IMG/VR virus record: IMGVR_UViG_3300032246_001368
Location: 47,584 to 111,583 of that record
DNA: 64,000 nt
Reading direction: 5' to 3' (one strand)
Origin: a virus
Each line of letters starts with the position of its first letter. Position 1 is the first letter of the stretch. Positions 11,065 through 21,380 of this stretch are shown here, one piece after another. Made by a program: the position numbers and the translations under genes. Under the pieces are notes generated by a model. The model did no database searches. It had not been told where the DNA came from and worked only from the letters and a program-made list of their open reading frames with translations.

Positions 11065-11529
11065 ATGGATATTCAAGTCATAGCAGTAACCCCTATAGAG
11101 TGTTCTTTAGACACTACAAGAGAATTCGGAATACTTCTCTCCAAAGCCATTTCAATCATTCATATGGTTCATTGGTATGCACCTAATTATGATGCGCATG
11201 TTATTTTAGGTGATTTGTATGAGACTCTTGATGGGTTATTTGACAAGCTTCAAGAAGAGATCATAGGAACATCCAAGCTTCAAAACCAACAATTTCCTTC
11301 TCTCGGTCCAGTTGTTCTAGACCTAGACTATATTAATCAATATAGATCAGAAGGTAATAATGTCATGGGCACATACACCAAGACATATCAAACAATTGTT
11401 AATATACTGTCCTCATTAGAATTTACTTCTTATGTTGATAATGTTCAGTCAGGCCTCAATAACACTAAGGAAGATATCCTTTCCTCGTTTAATAAGGCCA
11501 ATTATCTGTTGTCTTTAGTTAAGATTTAA
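11065..11529 (+). CDS. Ferritin/Dps-like four-helix protein (DUF5856-like)
   Basis: HMVHW...YDAHVILGDLYETLDGLFDKLQEE; start moved to the ATG after TAAATA. Confidence 0.7.
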   Translation: MDIQVIAVTPIECSLDTTREFGILLSKAISIIHMVHWYAPNYDAHVILGDLYETLDGLFDKLQEEIIGTSKLQNQQFPSLGPVVLDLDYINQYRSEGNNVMGTYTKTYQTIVNILSSLEFTSYVDNVQSGLNNTKEDILSSFNKANYLLSLVKI

Positions 11530-11599
11530 ACAGTTACGAGATAGTCTCGTGCATCTACCTTAGATTGGAGAGATCTAATCTATAGATTTAAGATTTACC

Positions 11600-11632
11600 A
11601 ACGAGCCTTCTCTAATAATGAGAAGACTCGTT
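11600..11632. terminator. Hairpin between convergent genes (possible bidirectional terminator)
   Basis: AACGAG-C-CTTCTC / GAGAAG-A-CTCGTT inverted repeat. Confidence 0.5.
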
Positions 11633-11635
11633 AGA

Positions 11636-14600
11636 TCAACTAAATGTGACTGTCAATTCCACACCACCACAATACCCATAGATATCATATCCGGTTATTC
11701 TAAATGTTTCTTTAGGGCCTACAGTAATTGAGTAATTAATAGGACCAGCAGCACAAGTAGCGGTTTCTCCACCTGCTCTCAACCAGATATTCCCACCAGT
11801 ATATTCTAATAAGGCATCATCATCTGCACTACCAACTATTGTTACATTAGAGGTTCTATTAAAAGGATTAATGAAAACTTTACTTGCAATGAAATTATAA
11901 GGAGGTTGACATCCAGTGCCTGGGTATATACAACCATTATTTTGAATTAAATATTGAACCGCGGCGGGAGGTTCATTATCCAATATGCAATAATACCCTA
12001 ATTTATCACCATCGGTCGTAGTCACTAATGTAGAATTACATATAGCGCCTGAACCCACACATTCACACCAGGTAGGGCTTGATGCATATCCATAATATTC
12101 TACAGTACTAGGATCACTCGAAGTAGGAGTTGCACAGCCAGCGCAACCAGTTATAGATGTATCACCTGCTCCGCCCGGGCCGTCCGGTATAGATGGTACA
12201 CACCCACCGTTGATATAATACCAAGGATTATCACCTAATCCCTGACATGCAGATACAGACACTAATGTCGAATCTGCACATGGACCTGAAAGCTTATATA
12301 AATTAGTTTTATATAAACCATAATCATTACCGAATATATCACTACTCCAATGATCTAATACACCTTTATTGATTAATAATTTTTCTATTCTCTTGAGATA
12401 AGAAGAAGATAATAATTCATTTCTAAAAGTAAGAGGATATTTTTCTGGTGAATTCCAAACGCCTGGATCAGCTGGGTTCCAGAATTGGAAATTATCAGCT
12501 TCGCCTTGTCTAAAGAGACCGTGTATATTTTTACCCATTATTTCATATCTAGATTGATATGGTGTAAATTTTTGATTCTCTTGAGTGCCTATTATAACTC
12601 CAGCCTTGATACCAGCACTATAAGGCTCCATAACCCATCGATTGTCTATATCGGTAATAGTTACCGGAGTTATCTGATCCTTTTTAGTAAGGCCTCTATT
12701 ACGAGGTCCATACTTTTGTGTATCAAAGAATATTCTTTCTGCACTTAGAGAATCTATACTCTCTAATGTACCGCCATCTACTTCAATAGTATAACCTCTT
12801 CCTCTGTAAGAGGAGGCGCCTAATTTCTCTGGTAACATATACTCACCTAATTGTCTTTCAGAAACAGTCAATTGGGGATATGAAACAGTAGCTACTGTAG
12901 GGTAAAATTTATTATCTAAATTCGCATAAGGTTCTGAGGGTGAAATGATAGCACCAGTATTAAAGACTACGAAAGTCGAAGGACATCTTGAAACATAATA
13001 TAAATTTTGTTGATAGTTAAATGCATTACGTGCAAAGTAATTGTAACGAGAAGGTCGGAATTGTGAGAAGCTTTCTAATAAAATATCACTATCCTCATCA
13101 GATCCATAACCAATAAGATCTAAAGTTCCAGTTCTTAATATATCTGCTAGATTGGAATAATCCTTATAGAAAACCATTTTCTTCCAACGATTGGATGAAA
13201 GAGTTACTTCTAATGAAACTGGTTGATTCCAATCAAGAGTCTTATAATCCTTTCTTGAATATTGAATAAAGTCACCATTTGTTAATACTAACGGTGAAAT
13301 CTCTGGTTGATGGACCGGTACATAATCATCAAAGAATCTTACTTGTCCACCGAAAGATGAAGTCTCTTTATTGAATTCATTGTTAGTGTCAGGAGAATTA
13401 TAAACTTTGCCCCAGAAAGGTTTAGCACCAAAGGAAGAACCTTCTGCAGAGGTTATAAAGGTATTGCTAGTATAATCCCAACCATCTAATTTAAAATTAG
13501 CCGTGAATGAAATTGCTGGTTGTGTGAAGCTAGAACTATTATTTGGTGATATATAACTAATACCGTCCCTGTGAACATATATCAAATAGTCTCCAGGATA
13601 TATATTCATATCAGATATATCATCAGTTGATACCCAATCACCATTAACACCTCTTACAGCTTTATACCAGGTTGCTGCAAAGTTACCACAACCTGCGATT
13701 CTTCGAGATATAAGTTGTGAGAATGTAGGTTCATCACCATCCCCAGAAGTAAGATATCTTTGAAGATTAAAATAGGTAGATGGAGATGAAGCCATCTCTT
13801 CCATCAAGGTATTGTTGACAGACAATAAACCAATATCAACAGTATTAATTTCTACACCCTTATTGGTTAATATTTTAGCACGAGGAAGTGCTGCACCTAT
13901 ATTTTCATTTTCAGCTCCGTCACTGAATATAACAATTTTTTTATTACACCCTTCTTGTGGATTGTTTAAAATCTTAACTGCTTTGGACTGAGATATAATA
14001 GTAGTATTTAAATTTTTACAAAGATCAAAGAAATTAAAATTGTTAACAGTAGCACTAGTAGGGATCTGATTGTAAAGAATAGAATCAGCTAATATTAAAG
14101 CGTTTTCTATATTCGTTCTAAAATTAGGATAACCACTATCGATTTGTATTTGACTTATATATAAATCAATAGTAGCCGGATCATTAGACAGATATGTTAT
14201 AGTAGATGCTTCATTGTCAAAAGTAATAATAGATATCTGAGCAGACACACCGCCGGTGCTTAAAATAGCATCAGTAATATTCTTTAAAGAATTTTTAACA
14301 CTTTGTAGATCTAAACTTTGTGATTTACTGATATCAATGATTAATACTACATCCATACACCCCGAGGCATTACAATTACCCTTTATTCTTTTATATGGAT
14401 AATTGACAACAATATAAGGAGAAGCAATTTCTGTAGTCTTAGCCACATCTTTTCTTAAAGAAGAACGATAATAGGTATAACGTCTTCCAGTTTTAAAAAC
14501 CATGCGTGAACCGTCTCCGGTTTTCCATTTACCCGGGCCCCATCCTATTTCCTTATCTCCGTCTCCTCCCGTCTGTAATTGATAGAAAGCAAACTGAGGA

Positions 14601-16804
14601 CTATTGAATGGAGTATATCCTCTAGTATCAGTCCAGCTGTTTATCGCAAAGTCAGCTCCTAAACCATCCGGATCAGCAAAAAGATAATCAGCAACTCCAT
14701 TATAATCTAAAAGATTCTCTCCAGCATGCCCTATAGGAGAATACTTTAAAGAACGGCATGTACATGTCTTCCAAGCATCTAAAGAATTAATGGGTGTAGG
14801 ATTTAAATAATCTTGATTACTGTAATAATCATGAGGAAGGTTTTTACCATATGCACAATCAGCACTATGCTCATAGTATTTTATAACTTCATCTGCATAG
14901 GTATCTTCGTCCATCCATATAAAGGATATCTTATCAGACGGATCAACCTTTATAGATAAAGCACCTTGTATAGGTCCATCAATAAACTGAGCACATTTAA
15001 TAGCCGGTGTGGAGTAGACCGGAATACTATTCGTAAATAAATCTAAATTGGTAATTGAACCTGAACCAAGCCAAGCCGCTTCTACCGGTTCTGACGTACG
15101 ATTATTAAGTCTGTATATAACATCTGAGGAATTGAAGTCAGTTCCTGCTATGGCACCTGGTACGGTATTGGAAGGATTAGTATAAGATAAACCTAACGGC
15201 AAACATTGATCCTTTTTGATAGTAATGGGTATATTATTAACTTCATCAAATACTTCTATAGGCCAATATATTTGATTAGATCCTTGAGCCAAAGGCAAAT
15301 CAGTTCTATCAAATTTGAAAGCATATGCTTGTTCGGTTTCACCTAAGAGCGAATCACTGTATATAGATAATACACTATTACTACTCAGTCTCTTAGTAAG
15401 AACATCAGCTTCATCAGAAAATTTAGCAGCGAATGCTCCAGAGTCTATTAAATTAGTTTGGTTAATATATAAAGGCTTACTAGCAGAAATGGGCAATGAT
15501 TGTGTATAATACTGTTCTAGGATGAGTCTTTGTATGCTTCCATCCAACGTATTGAATAGAGGAATATAACTTTGATCAAAAGTATAACCACCCCAACTTA
15601 AATTTTTTGAATTTAAATTAAAACCCACATAAGGAAAGATAAACTCTTTTATTAAACCAGGCTTGAATGATATAGAAACATTAGCACTTGTATTTAAAAG
15701 ATAAGTTCCTTTTAACCAGGCTCCCTCTATCGTACCATTTTTCTCTGTAAAGATTAAATCCGAATTAGAATACTCAGTCCCTGCCGTAGCACTACATGCT
15801 ACAAAATTAGAATCGTTTATATAAATTGGAGAGAATATATCATTGAATAAAGTAGTATCAAATACTCTATCTCCGCTCGGCCACAAGAACCAATTATTAC
15901 CAGGTTCCATTCCTATGTTTAATACTTGATCTGGTACATTATATTCACTTAAACGTACAGCAGTTAATCCATAAACAGTCTCCCCAAGATATTTTTGGGC
16001 AGCGGCTGTTTTATTATAAACATCTTGAAAAGCCGTTGAAGATAATGAAGCAGTTGAAAGGGTGGGTATAGATGTCAAATATTGTTTAAATATTTGTGAT
16101 AAAGGAGTCTCTGCTACCTTAGGTAAAAATCTAGTAGCAAGTATTGCATTGATTTCCTCTTCTGTTAAAGGGTCTCCCTCATCCACAAAAGGTATTTCAT
16201 TTTCTACATCTGATAGACTAACATATTCATTTATATTAACTGAAGGATCGGAATCGTGATAAGAAGAAGGATCATATAATTCCTCAACCTCTATGAAGAA
16301 ATTATCCTTTACTGATGTCAAATCAGGGAATACACTTTGAACCACCAATGCAGGTACCTGTACCGTAGAATCTTCTTTCTTCGTAAATCCCTTTAATACA
16401 TATTCATAAAGGAGTCTCTCAAGACCTTGACTCGAACCTACTAAATTATATTTAAGCTTGGCTCTCTTTACGGATTCTCTTTTGTTTGAAAGTGTCTTAG
16501 CTATTTCTTTTAATTTCTTAGCAAAGAAAGGTATTGCAAATACCAATTCTTCATCATTATTATAATCTATTTCATTAAGAAAACGATCCTTTTCGTTTTT
16601 ACCAAATAGAAAGCTTAAATCTTTAACTAGTTGTATATAATCCTCTTTGGAAGATTTGACTTGTTGTTTAGCCTGTTTCTGATTATACCAAGAAGTTAAA
16701 TATTCGGTATAAACTCTCTGAGCGGTACCAGGAATTAAGGTATCTTGATAACTTAACCACTCATTATAGGTTAAAGGTGAGACTGTAGACAGAGGAACTG
16801 ACAT
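11636..16804 (-). CDS. Giant virion protein with von Willebrand factor A domain and Cys-rich C-terminus
   Basis: MIDAS-like DVVLIIDISKSQS, TNIENAL, IVIFSDG; TAAATA upstream. Confidence 0.7.
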   Translation of the reverse strand: MSVPLSTVSPLTYNEWLSYQDTLIPGTAQRVYTEYLTSWYNQKQAKQQVKSSKEDYIQLVKDLSFLFGKNEKDRFLNEIDYNNDEELVFAIPFFAKKLKEIAKTLSNKRESVKRAKLKYNLVGSSQGLERLLYEYVLKGFTKKEDSTVQVPALVVQSVFPDLTSVKDNFFIEVEELYDPSSYHDSDPSVNINEYVSLSDVENEIPFVDEGDPLTEEEINAILATRFLPKVAETPLSQIFKQYLTSIPTLSTASLSSTAFQDVYNKTAAAQKYLGETVYGLTAVRLSEYNVPDQVLNIGMEPGNNWFLWPSGDRVFDTTLFNDIFSPIYINDSNFVACSATAGTEYSNSDLIFTEKNGTIEGAWLKGTYLLNTSANVSISFKPGLIKEFIFPYVGFNLNSKNLSWGGYTFDQSYIPLFNTLDGSIQRLILEQYYTQSLPISASKPLYINQTNLIDSGAFAAKFSDEADVLTKRLSSNSVLSIYSDSLLGETEQAYAFKFDRTDLPLAQGSNQIYWPIEVFDEVNNIPITIKKDQCLPLGLSYTNPSNTVPGAIAGTDFNSSDVIYRLNNRTSEPVEAAWLGSGSITNLDLFTNSIPVYSTPAIKCAQFIDGPIQGALSIKVDPSDKISFIWMDEDTYADEVIKYYEHSADCAYGKNLPHDYYSNQDYLNPTPINSLDAWKTCTCRSLKYSPIGHAGENLLDYNGVADYLFADPDGLGADFAINSWTDTRGYTPFNSPQFAFYQLQTGGDGDKEIGWGPGKWKTGDGSRMVFKTGRRYTYYRSSLRKDVAKTTEIASPYIVVNYPYKRIKGNCNASGCMDVVLIIDISKSQSLDLQSVKNSLKNITDAILSTGGVSAQISIITFDNEASTITYLSNDPATIDLYISQIQIDSGYPNFRTNIENALILADSILYNQIPTSATVNNFNFFDLCKNLNTTIISQSKAVKILNNPQEGCNKKIVIFSDGAENENIGAALPRAKILTNKGVEINTVDIGLLSVNNTLMEEMASSPSTYFNLQRYLTSGDGDEPTFSQLISRRIAGCGNFAATWYKAVRGVNGDWVSTDDISDMNIYPGDYLIYVHRDGISYISPNNSSSFTQPAISFTANFKLDGWDYTSNTFITSAEGSSFGAKPFWGKVYNSPDTNNEFNKETSSFGGQVRFFDDYVPVHQPEISPLVLTNGDFIQYSRKDYKTLDWNQPVSLEVTLSSNRWKKMVFYKDYSNLADILRTGTLDLIGYGSDEDSDILLESFSQFRPSRYNYFARNAFNYQQNLYYVSRCPSTFVVFNTGAIISPSEPYANLDNKFYPTVATVSYPQLTVSERQLGEYMLPEKLGASSYRGRGYTIEVDGGTLESIDSLSAERIFFDTQKYGPRNRGLTKKDQITPVTITDIDNRWVMEPYSAGIKAGVIIGTQENQKFTPYQSRYEIMGKNIHGLFRQGEADNFQFWNPADPGVWNSPEKYPLTFRNELLSSSYLKRIEKLLINKGVLDHWSSDIFGNDYGLYKTNLYKLSGPCADSTLVSVSACQGLGDNPWYYINGGCVPSIPDGPGGAGDTSITGCAGCATPTSSDPSTVEYYGYASSPTWCECVGSGAICNSTLVTTTDGDKLGYYCILDNEPPAAVQYLIQNNGCIYPGTGCQPPYNFIASKVFINPFNRTSNVTIVGSADDDALLEYTGGNIWLRAGGETATCAAGPINYSITVGPKETFRITGYDIYGYCGGVELTVTFS

Positions 16805-16897
16805 TAATAATATTTAGAAACAAAGGTTCAATTATCGAGTATTAAATTGTAAACTATATTTTTACCCAAACCAGCGTTTGATTTTAATAGTATCTGA

Positions 16898-17419
16898 TTA
16901 GGATAAGGGCACTATAAAGGTATTTGTGGCGGGACAACCGTTATAAATTATATTGCCTTCACCGTTTGTAACTGTAACCCAAGGAACATTTGAATGACAA
17001 AGGTCATAAGCACACTCTAATTGTAAATTCAATACCCCGGTACTGTTGACTGTATCATAAAATTCTGAATTCTTGTCAATATTTAAAGATAACACTGTAT
17101 TTCTGTCTCCACCATCACTGTAATTATTCAAATCTACAAGGCCTATATTAATACCCTCCACCATTAGATAAAATTGAGCTTGATCACATTGGTGTCCGCC
17201 CGGACACGGGCCAACGGTATTACTATACTGTACATTTATTTCCATACCCCATAAATGATAAGGATCTGCTTTGCCGGTTTCTGAAAGAAAGGAATAATCA
17301 GTAGTTGATGTTGATACATTACACCCTATGGAACCTGTTACGGTTATAGGAAATACTCCGTTTATAGTACTAGTACCTGCTAGATAGGTGTTTAATTTGA
17401 CGATATCAGATGAAGCCAT
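16898..17419 (-). CDS. Cys-containing putative virion protein
   Basis: CPGGHQCDQAQF ... CAYDLCH; adjacent to structural genes. Confidence 0.55.
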   Translation of the reverse strand: MASSDIVKLNTYLAGTSTINGVFPITVTGSIGCNVSTSTTDYSFLSETGKADPYHLWGMEINVQYSNTVGPCPGGHQCDQAQFYLMVEGINIGLVDLNNYSDGGDRNTVLSLNIDKNSEFYDTVNSTGVLNLQLECAYDLCHSNVPWVTVTNGEGNIIYNGCPATNTFIVPLS

Positions 17420-17454
17420 TGTATTAAATAATTATGGTATAAGTATAAATAAGC

Positions 17455-17646
17455 ATGGATACATTTACAAGCAATCCTATATCTTCCTTTCAAACTGGAT
17501 TTGAATCTAACGTAGTCAAGAGCATTGCCGGCAACGTAGCATTAAAAATACCTTTGCCTCATATACCAATGCATAAAAGAAAAATAAGAGACATAACAGA
17601 TTCAATAGAAAGAATAGTAGATCTTTTAACTAAAATTAAAGATTGA
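17455..17646 (+). CDS. Hypothetical protein
   Basis: TAAATA motif just upstream of ATG. Confidence 0.5.
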   Translation: MDTFTSNPISSFQTGFESNVVKSIAGNVALKIPLPHIPMHKRKIRDITDSIERIVDLLTKIKD

Positions 17647-17676
17647 TTTTTTCCTACATCCCATTATTATTAAAGG

Positions 17677-18447
17677 ATGTCTAATAATAAGGTCAAGATA
17701 GAGTTCATAGCCAGTAACCAAGAATTATTGGCTATAGCACCTAAACCTTACCCATCAGCTAATAAATTACCTTCATGGTATAAGAACACCTCTTCTTACG
17801 TAGGTGGTATACAATCCGTAGATCAATTCAATGATCCTTCATCAACTATAAAGAAGTGCATGCCGGTTTTTGATATCATGACAGCAGGGTATCATATTCC
17901 ATTGCATTCAGATGTATGGGTTGAGAATGCAGGGGACATGAACATTAGTTTTAGATGGTCTTGGGATACTATCGAAATTGTTAGTGTGCATCCCTCAGAA
18001 CAACATTCAACCTATCCTATACCTCCAGGATATCACGACACGGCATTCAAATGGATCAGTCCTTGGATTATAAAGACTCCACCAGGTTGGTCTTGTATCT
18101 TTACACATCCTTATCATTATGATGATCTTCCGTTCAGATCGTTTTCAGCTCTAGTAGATACTGACAAGCATCCAGCACCTACCCATTTTCCATTCCTCTT
18201 GAAGAAAGGTTTTAACGGTCTTATTCCTTTAGATACTCCTATGATTCAGGTCATTCCATTTAAGAGAGAGACATTTGCAGCAGAATATTCTTTCGATGAT
18301 GGGTCTCATAATACTCTCTGGCAAAAAGCTCATACAGTATTTTTTGATAGATATAAGAAATTTTTTAGATCACCTAAGACATACGAAAACGTAAAACCAA
18401 AAGAATCTAAATGTCCTTTTGCTTTTATGCATAACCCTAATAAATAA
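17677..18447 (+). CDS. Conserved phage protein (DUF6065/dUTPase-fold-like)
   Basis: TIKKCMPVFD...GY, PWIIKTPPGWSCIFTHP, VDTD, PMIQVIPFKRE. Confidence 0.6.
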   Translation: MSNNKVKIEFIASNQELLAIAPKPYPSANKLPSWYKNTSSYVGGIQSVDQFNDPSSTIKKCMPVFDIMTAGYHIPLHSDVWVENAGDMNISFRWSWDTIEIVSVHPSEQHSTYPIPPGYHDTAFKWISPWIIKTPPGWSCIFTHPYHYDDLPFRSFSALVDTDKHPAPTHFPFLLKKGFNGLIPLDTPMIQVIPFKRETFAAEYSFDDGSHNTLWQKAHTVFFDRYKKFFRSPKTYENVKPKESKCPFAFMHNPNK

Positions 18448-18453
18448 ACTCAC

Positions 18454-18636
18454 ATGACACATCAAACCATAATAAACATTCCTTTAGGAATTTCATTCGC
18501 TCAAAGAGAAACCCATATCAATAGAGAAATTGATAAGATCCAAAGAGAATTCGTAAGCAAAGGTTTGCGCGTATCTTCTTTTGAGGTGACTAATAAGTCT
18601 GATCAAAAGGCCACCGTATTATTTCATTACAATTAA
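18454..18636 (+). CDS. Hypothetical protein
   Basis: ORF in operon. Confidence 0.55.
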   Translation: MTHQTIINIPLGISFAQRETHINREIDKIQREFVSKGLRVSSFEVTNKSDQKATVLFHYN

Positions 18637-18676
18637 AAGGTTGACAAAACCTAAAAATTCATTATTATTGAAATTT

Positions 18677-19114
18677 ATGAATAAAATTAACATATCATCT
18701 ATACTTGCAATTGCGGTCCTCTATATTTGCAAATATACACTTAGAGTATTTCCAGGATCATCTAGTCTTGTTAAACTCTCAGCATGGGCAAGACTTCATT
18801 ATCATTTGAGTCAAGATGAAGAAGCAGCAATCCAAGCTGATTATTATAATGATTCCGAAAGTGATGTTATTAATCTTTTCAGAGAGCTTAAATATCTAGC
18901 AGACGAAGGTCATTGCTTTCATGGTGATTATCTTCTCAAGAGAATAAATTTCTTGGCCAATGAAGGTTTAAATATCACAGACTCTGCAAGCTTTCAAGAA
19001 TATCGTAAGCTTAACTTAGATGAGATTAATAAGATTATTCAGGCTTCTAAGCCAAAGATCAAGAGAGATAAGAAAGGTAAGTTCGTTCCTAAGAAGAAGA
19101 ACCTAAAGAAGTAA
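18677..19114 (+). CDS. Hypothetical membrane-anchored protein with basic RDKKGKF tail
   Basis: TTGACA at 18641 lies 36 nt before this ATG. Confidence 0.6.
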   Translation: MNKINISSILAIAVLYICKYTLRVFPGSSSLVKLSAWARLHYHLSQDEEAAIQADYYNDSESDVINLFRELKYLADEGHCFHGDYLLKRINFLANEGLNITDSASFQEYRKLNLDEINKIIQASKPKIKRDKKGKFVPKKKNLKK

Positions 19115-19129
19115 TTAACTTAAGGATAG

Positions 19130-19399
19130 ATGGACCTTCTTTCATTATTCCTAGCAGATAACCAAGATAGCCACACTCTTAATGTTTATGAAGAGTGTGG
19201 CAAGTATCTGAGAACAATAGATAAAGATCTCCTTTCAGATAGAATGCAAGCCTTATCTAAGGACAGGCAAGATTTATTAGATCTTACAGTCTTAATAAGA
19301 GATAGTAATAAAGAAGAAGCTTTGATCAGCTACAATAACCTAAGTGATGCTGCTAAGGGAAAGTTATTACCTTCTGTGACAGAATATATATTGGGTTAA
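19130..19399 (+). CDS. Hypothetical protein
   Basis: ORF in operon. Confidence 0.55.
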   Translation: MDLLSLFLADNQDSHTLNVYEECGKYLRTIDKDLLSDRMQALSKDRQDLLDLTVLIRDSNKEEALISYNNLSDAAKGKLLPSVTEYILG

Positions 19400-19479
19400 T
19401 ATTTTCCTTGAGTTTTCCCAATAATGGGGATAATATTAAAAGTGAAAGATAACAACAACACAAACACCTAATAAATAAT

Positions 19480-20289
19480 ATGGACACATACACACTTAAT
19501 CAAGCAATCCAGATGGCACCAGCAATTGCCGCAACGGAACCCTCACCGATCGTTTCTGATCGATATAGCTTCATCAACACCGGAGAGTTCCTCGAGAAGG
19601 CAATTGATTCGGGTTGGACCATCCGCGATGTTCGTCAGGGCAGGAACCGTTATGGAATGCATAAGGTTGACCTTATCCAGACTCAGTATGCAGATAGCAG
19701 CACGGTTGGAGAGGGTATGCCTCAGATCAGTATTATCAATAGCCATGACCGTTCCAAACGGTTTCAGGTTATGATGGGCTTCTTCCGCTTGGTCTGTTCC
19801 AACGGTCTTGTGGTTGCCACAGGAGCTAATCTTAATATCCGAGCCATGCACCGCTTTGGTGATGATAAGCTCTCCACGCTCATGAGTACCATGGAGCAAG
19901 GTATTAAGCAGTTCAGCGTCATTGGTCAGAAGGTTGATCAATTCCGTGATCGTGTTCTTTCACAGGAAGAGAAGAATGCATTGGCTCGCTTTGCCCATTA
20001 CATCCGCTTCCGTTATCGCCAGAACCTCCCATCATCCATTAAGCCAGACGCTCTTCTCGGAGTCCGCAGAGATGCAGATCAGGGAGACGATCTTTGGAAG
20101 GTCTACAACACCATCCAAGAGAACATGACCCATGGTGGTCATAACCTCGGAAAGGGTCTCACTCGTCTCGAAGATGACACGAGGTTCAATAGCGAGTTTT
20201 GGGTTGGAGCAGAGACCGCTCTCACCACTCGAGGAGCAGACTTTGAGAGGACCCTCAAGACTCTTTTCCCTAAGAAGGAGAGGGCATAA
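19480..20289 (+). CDS. DUF932 family protein
   Basis: SDRYSFINT, INSHDRS, GFFRLVCSNGLVV, RRDADQGDDLWKVYNTIQEN. Confidence 0.85.
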   Translation: MDTYTLNQAIQMAPAIAATEPSPIVSDRYSFINTGEFLEKAIDSGWTIRDVRQGRNRYGMHKVDLIQTQYADSSTVGEGMPQISIINSHDRSKRFQVMMGFFRLVCSNGLVVATGANLNIRAMHRFGDDKLSTLMSTMEQGIKQFSVIGQKVDQFRDRVLSQEEKNALARFAHYIRFRYRQNLPSSIKPDALLGVRRDADQGDDLWKVYNTIQENMTHGGHNLGKGLTRLEDDTRFNSEFWVGAETALTTRGADFERTLKTLFPKKERA

Positions 20290-20293
20290 TCAT

Positions 20294-20425
20294 ATGGCAG
20301 GCAAAGGACCAAGGCAAAGACCTACAGACATGAAAAAGTACAAAGAGAATTATCCTCTACCTTCAAATAAGAAGGTAGAGGGGTTTGTACGAGTAAAAGG
20401 AAAACAAACCAAAGTTTACAAATGA
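20294..20425 (+). CDS. Small basic hypothetical protein (MAGKGPRQRP)
   Basis: ATG just after DUF932 stop; recurrent phage GKG.R.RP motif. Confidence 0.5.
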   Translation: MAGKGPRQRPTDMKKYKENYPLPSNKKVEGFVRVKGKQTKVYK

Positions 20426-20596
20426 GCGAAGATAAATGTGCAAGAGAAGCTAAAACAATTGCTAATCAGAGAGCAGTCATTCAAGGACAGAGAGAACGTA
20501 TAGATGAATTGGAACATGAGCTTAAAGAACTTAAAGAGCAAATTGTGAATAATGAAGGTTGAACTTTCCCATTAAACTCTCTATCATATATACATA

Positions 20597-21145
20597 ATGA
20601 AGAACACAATCAAATTAATTGCAGTCGCCGCAGCAATGTCTTTCACCGGATGTGCCTATTACGGCCCACCTCCCATTGGTGGAGGTTGCGATAACCCCGG
20701 AGCATACGGTACAGGTGGTGTATATGGTGGAGGATATTATCCAGTATACGGGGGTTATGGTGGAGGATATGGTTGGGGGCAATGGGGTGGTTGGGGTGGC
20801 TGGGGATTAGGATATGGAGGTTACGGAGGTGGTGGCTATGCCAATAATAGTGGTAATACCACAGTTAACCGTACGGTTAATGTAAGCAATAGTGGTAACA
20901 CAACAGCCACCTATACAGGAGGTAACCGCACTTATACCGGTGGTACCTATAACCGCAGCACTACAGGAGGTTCTTATAACCGTAGCTATAGTGGCGGTAC
21001 CTATAACCGTAGCTACAGTGGTGGTTCTTATAATCGCAGCTACGGCGGCGGTTCATATAATAGAAGCTATAGCGGCGGAGGAGGAGGAGGTTATCGCGGT
21101 GGTGGTGGTTATCGCGGAGGCGGTGGTGGTGGATATCATCATTAA
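20597..21145 (+). CDS. Gly/Tyr-rich putative lipoprotein
   Basis: Signal peptide with lipobox FTG-C; GG(S/T)YNRSY repeats; RGG tail; own promoter. Confidence 0.65.
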   Translation: MKNTIKLIAVAAAMSFTGCAYYGPPPIGGGCDNPGAYGTGGVYGGGYYPVYGGYGGGYGWGQWGGWGGWGLGYGGYGGGGYANNSGNTTVNRTVNVSNSGNTTATYTGGNRTYTGGTYNRSTTGGSYNRSYSGGTYNRSYSGGSYNRSYGGGSYNRSYSGGGGGGYRGGGGYRGGGGGGYHH

Positions 21146-21380
21146 TATATGTTTCAAAAATTTAAACATATCTTTTGGATTACGTTATATTTTTTAAAAC
21201 ACTCACCAGAGATTATATATCTTTTAATATATAGAGAATTGTTAATAATCCGTTTGTTTATATATAATATATTTAATTTATGAATGACTCTAAAGCTTTA
21301 TTAATATTATTGATAGTTGTTTCAGCTGCTATTCTATATAAATTTTGTGAGTTGTTTTTACAATATCGATAAGTATTTTT

